From the NCBI RefSeq assembly GCF_018977255.1, contig NW_024704742.1:114268001-114328000 (forward strand): DNA of 60,000 bases. Reading direction: 5' to 3'. Under the pieces are notes generated by a model. It ran no database searches. It saw only the letters and a program-made list of their open reading frames with translations, and was not told the DNA's origin. Shown here one piece after another: positions 53,301 to 60,000 of this stretch (positions are counted from its first letter, which is position 1; each line of letters opens with the position of its first letter). This DNA is from Callorhinchus milii (taxonomy: Eukaryota). Made by a program: the position numbers and the translations under genes.

Positions 53301-53689
53301 TATCCTAAGCAATAACATGCTTTCCAAATTTTAAAACATCGACACTTCAGCATTACAATTTTTGCAGAGTAGTTTTTCATGATGTGTTCATCACAGCTTA
53401 GCCAACAGTTAGTTATCAGTATTCCTGTTCATCAACCTCACCAGAAACTTCTTTTTAGTCACTGTCAACATCATTTCCAATCTAACAGTCTGTTGTCTAC
53501 AACTGTCATATCACACTGGGTCAGCCCTTCTCTGTCCTGGATTCTTTCTCTTTTTCTCTCTCACACAGAGGCTCTCTAACTTTGTCTCTCGATAACATTC
53601 TTCCTCTCTCTCTTTGACGCTTTCTTTTTCTTTCTGAATACATTTGAGCTTCTCGAGAGAAAATAATCCAGTTGTATGCATGCATATGA

Positions 53690-53895
53690 AAACTAAATTC
53701 CTTGCATCCTGACTATGGATGACTAATCTCATCCCTGGTAACTTTGGACACATTTGCTATTTGCTATGCACGTACACAACTAGGTTTCCGATGTGTCACC
53801 CGGTTAACTGAAAAATAAGATGAATTCAGTGCAGGCGATCAAACCTGACATTGATGCTCTCACGGGATCAAAGAGATGTCAGTTCTCCGGTGCTT
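53690..53895 (+). mobile_element. Decayed hAT-superfamily (Charlie/SPIN, GTF2IRD2-like) transposase C-terminal remnant
   Basis: From 53826 the sequence translates SVQAIKPDIDALTGSKRCQFSG, resembling the PDIDxLxxxKRCQxS end of these transposases. Traces of FG..YL and RLT lie upstream. Confidence 0.55.
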
Positions 53896-55410
53896 CAACT
53901 TCTAAATACAAGATAACCCCATTATAATGCACCTCACTATTGCAAGATTCCGATTCTAACAAGGTGTCCTGTGGATCAACAAGAGCGGTAGCCAGCTTTC
54001 CTTCATACTATGCACACCCAACATGCAGGAAGTGACATTAGTGCCTGCCATTTTCACAGGAAGCAACTTCAGTAGTGTCTTTTTTTGTTTACAAGAAACC
54101 AGCCCACCCAGCCCTGTGGTTCATGCTTATCTGCTCATCCAGCACTGAAGGTTGAATGAGCTTGAAACCCACGCTGTGAAACATTCTCCAATATACCAAA
54201 CCATGACTGCGGCTAAAACAATTATAGAAGGTACTAACTTCAATTGTAAAGTTATTATATTAACTCCAATAATACCTACAAATGGTGAAGTCCAGATGTG
54301 TCAATGGACTGTCATAGTCCCATGTAGAAGCCAAGGAAGCATAATAAGAATGATGGGTACCAAATCAGTAGGCTAAATATCTCACTGTAAGCTTACTTTA
54401 TGTTACATCCAGCAGTGGATACACACAGGAAAAAAAGCATAAGACCATCGTAGGAATTTATTATGAAGCATTTGCTCAATCACTACAGTATTATACTTGT
54501 TAAAAATGTCCACTGTTAATACGATTGATTTTCCTCATTCACGGCTCTCATAAACTTCAAATGCCAGAGCAGTTGTTAGCAGACAGCTTTTTGTACCTGT
54601 TATGATGAGAAACATGGAAAAAGAAATAGTTCTGCATTTTTGGTCAGCTACTGCTGGATAAGATTCTTATAGACTCTGCATTCATGTCACTATTTCCATT
54701 TCAATTGTCTATAGCCGCCTTAACTCATACCAGTTTTCAGTCATTCTTTCATCCTGTGCTGCTGCAGGAATGTCTTCCAATTCTTTTCTTGCTTTAAAAT
54801 TAGTTTGCATCATTTGAGATCAACCTTGATTTTGCTCAGTTGGAGTGATTACAAAATTATATCACTGAATTATCTCATTGTATTTTTAGACAGAATCTTT
54901 CCTTTTACACTGTCATAGGAAGTCTGCTCTATTGCTTTCTTTTCTGTTGTGCTGCGTATATTTAGCTGCCACTGGAGGAGGAAGAGTCCCATTTTTTCAA
55001 TAAAAAGCACTGAAATGCTTCCTCGAGGAAGAAAAAAATCTTGACACTGAAACCACTTCAACTGTGTCAAGACCGGGATAATCTCAAATCAACTGATTCC
55101 AAAGCAAGCGATACCCTGCTGCTACAGAACAGGAGAAGTGAAAGACTGGCCTGCAGTCAGGGTTTCTATCCTTATACAAAGGAGATGATCATACAAGTTC
55201 CTAAGGTAGAAAACCCAAAAGGACATGGTTCTGATTATTTTGCTTGGTGAACAATGAACTAACCTGATGTAGTGGAAAATAAGCGAATCAGGAAAGTGTT
55301 GTGATCTCATAACACTAAATGGAATTCATTTTACATACATCTTCGAATAATATACTTATGTTGAATTTCTTCCAGAGTTGTTTCACCACGTAATCCTGTT
55401 GTAATTTGAT

Positions 55411-55564
55411 GCAAAATATTAAACATTGCATTATAACAGGTCCGTAGAAGAAAGACTACTGGTCCTGTATCTAGATATCTGGTCAACGCAAAATATTAAA
55501 CATTGCATTATAACAGGTCCGTAGAAGAAAGACTACTGGTCCTGTATCTAGATATCTGGTCAAC
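55411..55564 (+). repeat. Perfect tandem duplication, 2 x 77 bp
   Basis: gcaaaatattaaacattgc...gatatctggtcaac at 55411-55487 and 55488-55564. Confidence 0.95.
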
Positions 55565-57221
55565 AGAGCAAGTTCCATCATAGCGACCTGTCAGCAGGAC
55601 TTCCCACGATAAGGCGCTATATCAAATGCAGGGAATATTATTATAGCATGCGTGTACATGTGCAAAAATTAAGTCAGTGACATCCCAAAAGGCAGCCATT
55701 TTTTTAAAGTGGAAAGCTGTGTAGTCAGCATCGGAGCTGGGTGTTTAGCATATCCACTATAGTAAGGATTCACAATAGACACACACTAATGAATAAGCCT
55801 AGGCTCAGATAGGGCATATTCTGACAGAATCCACTCATCACCACCACCACCGTACTACTCCAAAATTAAAAACGAGTGAATCTTTAACTTTTATTTTAAG
55901 ATTGCTACTTCTCACTCCTTTGTAAAAATTCTGGGAGCAACAATATAAAGGTTTCTGTTGTAAACAATGTTAAATCAGGCTTTGCTCTGCTAAATTACAA
56001 TGTTTGAACAATTTGCTTTTTCACTTTTGAAGTAAATGCTGAGATATAGCCTGGGCTGTCTTAGTCCATTTTGATTCCAATTAAGCCAAGTCATCATCCA
56101 CAGTAATCTGAAATCCTGGGTCTGCCCGAATAGCAGGCTTACTCAGATGGCTGCAACAATCCTTTCCTGCCAGCTTGTTTGAGAACTAGCTTTTTTATTG
56201 GCTGCAAAATGAATCTTTCAATCCGATTATGCAAAACTGACTTTTATTCTCATTTTCTAAATGCTAGGTTTTTCCAGTAAATATTCTATGCCTTATTGTA
56301 CAATTTAAGCAGACTGCAGTTATGGTACCCTCTATTCTGTTCCCTTTTTCTCCGACTCCTGATCTCATTGGGACATGCACCACCTACCACTAGGAGAGTG
56401 GATGGTGATCTGCTCCCACACCACCAACACAATGACACAAGCTGGCCCAAGGATATGCATGAATATCATCTGGTAAAAGCTCTCTCCTTTCATCATCATC
56501 TCTAAAACAAGATATTGGTAAATTCTGCTCCAGTATATTATATATATATGGCTGACTGCAGCATCGAACTGATGTGCTAGATTAGCAGTACTCGGGTAAA
56601 GAGCAGCTCTGCATATGCACTTACAACAAAATCCTCCCCTGTTGTAAGTACATATGCAGTTATCGAAATTCTGATTAAATTCAGCCCCATTTATTCTCCA
56701 CTTATGACAAAAAGCTTAAGGGCGGTGTAACCACCTGGAAGCTTTTTGAACTTTGAAGTTGGTGTTTAAGAGGTTATATACTGCAGCTGGTGTGAAGTTG
56801 AAACATTTTGAAACTCCTTGAAGTGGTTTCCCACTGCTTCATTCTGTTAAATCGTATCGATCTGCAATCTGTAGTATAAATCTAGCATTGAATCAATGCA
56901 AAGTGCACTGTAACTGGTCTATCGGAATGAAGGAAATCAAACCTGCATCCTGTGGTAGTGCGTATTATTGCTACTAAAGATTGCATTCATTTCCCTGCCA
57001 CAGAAAGCTTCCTAAGAATACATAGTAATCTTATACTGGTTTAACCTCATGACCTCAAAGGGGTTATTTTCCTATATTATAGTACTATAACAGGTACTAG
57101 ACCCCAGCGCAGGAGGCTCAAGAGGTGGAGCCTGGGCTTCTTAAGGAGGTGCTGGTGCCCCCATGTTACTCTGGTGTGCTGGGGCTGGGCTGAGAAAGGT
57201 GGAGACCCTGGCTGGCCTAGA

Positions 57222-58255
57222 GCCTCCAGCCCCCACACTGTGTCATGTGGTGTTCCTCAGGGCTCTGTGCTTGGTCCTCTCCTCTTCAACATGCACATGC
57301 TCCCTCTTGGTGACATCATCCGAAGACATGGGGTCAACTTCCACATGTATACGAATGGCCCCCAATTCTAACTCTCTGCCTCCTCCCTCACTCCAGGACC
57401 ACTGCTGTCCTGACAGAATGTCTGTCAGACGTCAACTCCTGGATGAGAGCTAACTTTCTCCAATTGAACGTCAACAAGACAGAGGCTCTCCTGATTGGCT
57501 CCTGTCAGCGCCTGCACATCCGGGCACCGGCAGCATCACCATCCATGGATCCACACTCCACTTGACTAAGCCAGTCTGGAACCTTGGCGTCTTGTTTGAC
57601 CCTCAATTTTTCTTTCTACCCCATCTCCATGCCATGACCCGTTCAGCCTTCTCCCACCTCTATAATATCGCCGGCTCCGCCACGGCCTCTCCCCTCAGGC
57701 CACCGAAACCCTCATCCACGCATTTATTACATCTAAGTTCGACTACACCAACTCCCTGCTTGTCGGCCTTCCCAACTCTTCCCTCCACAAACTGCAAATC
57801 ATCCAGAACTCTGCAGCCCATGTCCTCTACCGCACCAGGCTCCATGACCCTATCACCCCAACCTTGCCCAGCTCCACTGGCTTCCCACCCCCAAAGGATA
57901 GAGTTCAAATTCCTCATCCAACGCCTTCAAAGCCCTCCATGGCCTTGCCCCTTGAATTGATTAAGTATTCTGTCCCTCCATGGCCTTGCTCTACGACCTG
58001 CTAACGCCATATCAACCCCTCCGCTCAGCAGGCTCCGGCCTGTTCCATATCCCCTGACCACCCTGACCCACCATCTGCGGTCAGGCCTTCAGCCTCTGTC
58101 CCCACCATCCCACAGTCCCTTCGCTTTGCTCCCTCCCTTGCTTCCTTCAAGGCACATCTTAAAATCCTGCTCTTAGACCACGCCTTCGCCACCCGCCTAC
58201 TCCTACCTGCCCTCCACCCTTCCTGATCCCAACCGCCTGCTCGGGTCCAACCCCC
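57222..58255 (+). mobile_element. Decayed L2 LINE 3' portion
   Basis: [34 protein letters not shown] and PVWNLGVLFDPQ peptides. Confidence 0.92.
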
Positions 58256-58451
58256 TGAATTTAAATTCTATATTCTATGCCTAAAAATTTAATTTCAACA
58301 AGACAAATCAGTAAAACGGCTAAAAGAAAAATTCTGCTTCAATAACGATGGCCACAGGGAACAGCGTAACAAACTGAGGCTGATTGACAGGTCAGAATAT
58401 GGCAGCAGAAAATTACAGATAGAAGTTGCGGCACTGCTTAATCTGATAATT

Positions 58452-58828
58452 TAATAATAATCCTTGCATTTGATATAGCGCCTCATTACGTCTTCGAGAC
58501 ATCTCAAAGCACTTCACGGAATACACTGTAAAGTGAACTAACTATAGATTTTGTGAGCAAAACAAGGCAGCCAATTATGCACAGCAGTGACCCACAAACA
58601 GTCATGGATTAAGTGACCAAAATATCATTATTTTTTTGAGGGATTATTAACCCCAAAAAGGTAATCCGCCGAATCGACTAACAACCGGGTTCCTACTTAC
58701 TGCTAGATAAACAGAGGTGTGTATGACGAGTAAGGAAACTTGCCCAACGTTTCACCCTGCCCAGGAATCGAACCCAAGTCCTCTCGCTTCCGAGGCAAGT
58801 GCTCTAACAACTAAGCTACAGGACACCA
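58452..58828 (-). mobile_element. tRNA-derived SINE, long subfamily, full length
   Basis: Tail, body, the internal aaccgggttcctacttactgctagataaacagagg segment and the tRNA head are all present. Confidence 0.9.
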
Positions 58829-59319
58829 ACAGGATCGAACACTTAATTAACTCAAGGAACTGAAATGCCGCAAACGTAAGTACTGTACAATAGTTTTAAT
58901 GTTCCATCACATAGAGACCAATGGCATTAATACATTCCCATCTATTAAAATATAATTTCTAAAATTTATAGACAGGAGTCTTAAATTACTACAGAGCTCT
59001 AATGCTGTAATGTAGAGATTACTAAACAAACATTAAAATCAGCTAATTTTTGCTTGTGCTGTAAATTTAATTTGCATCCATTATTCAACTGTAATTTCAA
59101 TATTGGAAAAGGGATGAGTTTTACGTAGTAAGAGTCAATCTCCAGCAACTGAAAAGAATATAGTTCATTTTTGAGGCTGGGGATTTCCTCTTATTGACTG
59201 AAAAGGATTTCTTTCTGTCTGTTCCACAATTTAGAGATTTCTTTAGGATAAGTTTACAAAGTTAAACAAAACCAACAATATTTTAAAACAAGGCATTTTA
59301 CTGATTACGGTATTCTTTC

Positions 59320-59728
59320 TCAAGATTCTGGTCCTCACATACAAAGCCCTCCATGGCCTCGCCCCACCCTACCTCTGCGACCTCCCAATCCTCTACCAAC
59401 CCGCCCGTTCCCTCCACTCAGCTGGCTCTGGCCCGCTCCACGTGGCCTGTGTCCACATCCCCCGACCCACCCGCCGCACCATTGGCGCGAGAGCCTTCAG
59501 CCACTCTGGCCCCAACCTCTGGAATTCCATCCCCCAGTCACTCCGCCTCGCTCCCTCCTTAGCCTCCTTCAAGTCCCTCCTCTTCGACCATGCCATCGGC
59601 CACCCCCCTTCCCCTCCCCTCCCCCCAACCCCAGCTCGGGTCTGAAATGCTGTACTCTGTCCAGCGCCTTGAGGCATCCTCCCGACGTGAAAGGCGCTAT
59701 ACAAATGTAACCTTGTTATTGTTGTTGT
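59320..59728 (+). mobile_element. L2 LINE 3' fragment
   Basis: TIGARAFSHSGPNLWNSIPQSLRLAPSLASFK, then the tail cctcccgacgtgaaaggcgctatacaaatg and (ttg)n. Confidence 0.92.
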
Positions 59729-60000
59729 ATTGGAGGCACTCAAGAGTACAATTATACACTTTCCAGCCACTCTCAGATACCTCGCCCAAGTGATCATTCT
59801 TCACACGTCAGTCTAGGTAGAAGTGCTGGCAGTCTATATTACAATGTTGGTGATAAAAGCGCAGCTCATTCCTGACTTTATCTGTGCATTTTCTGGCAGG
59901 AAAATGCAGTATAACACCAGAAGCAGGAACATTAGCTGAGTTTTTGTCCCTCATTAGAGTTTGAGGCAAGCATGGTACCCCAATTTCCCACTTGCCTGAA

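Larger units (their letters stand above)
30402..60000 (-). other. SSBP2: Part of a long SSBP2 intron upstream of the SAAAAP exon
   Basis: The preceding exon (VFWDLYCAAP...AFHDY) was not found by reading. The region is AT-rich DNA plus retroelements. Confidence 0.75.

Noticed and set aside
55411..55564. Direct repeats as a CRISPR-like array
   Set aside because: There are only two units with no spacer, in eukaryotic intronic context.

Overview
Eukaryotic, AT-rich, repeat-laden vertebrate DNA. The repeat content (L2 and CR1 LINEs, DeuSINE-like and tRNA-derived SINEs) points to a cartilaginous fish (shark or chimaera); this is an inference. The whole window lies inside one minus-strand gene, an SSBP2 orthologue (SSDP family, LDB1 cofactor). 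Nine small GT-AG coding exons between 30401 and 5260 splice in frame to [125 protein letters not shown]/[SDPWLSLQ][70 protein letters not shown] found no LUFS-domain or C-terminal exons, so 30402-60000 and 1-5259 appear intronic. Almost every ORF in the supplied track is spurious or a LINE remnant. I found no prokaryote-type system and no clearly new gene system. The best leads are an SSBP3-like 84-nt exon retained in SSBP2, an alternative acceptor adding SDPWLSLQ, an apparently chimeric SINE sharing a covarying 3' stem-loop with an L2 LINE, a nested inverted L2 pair, and several local duplications or templated insertions.
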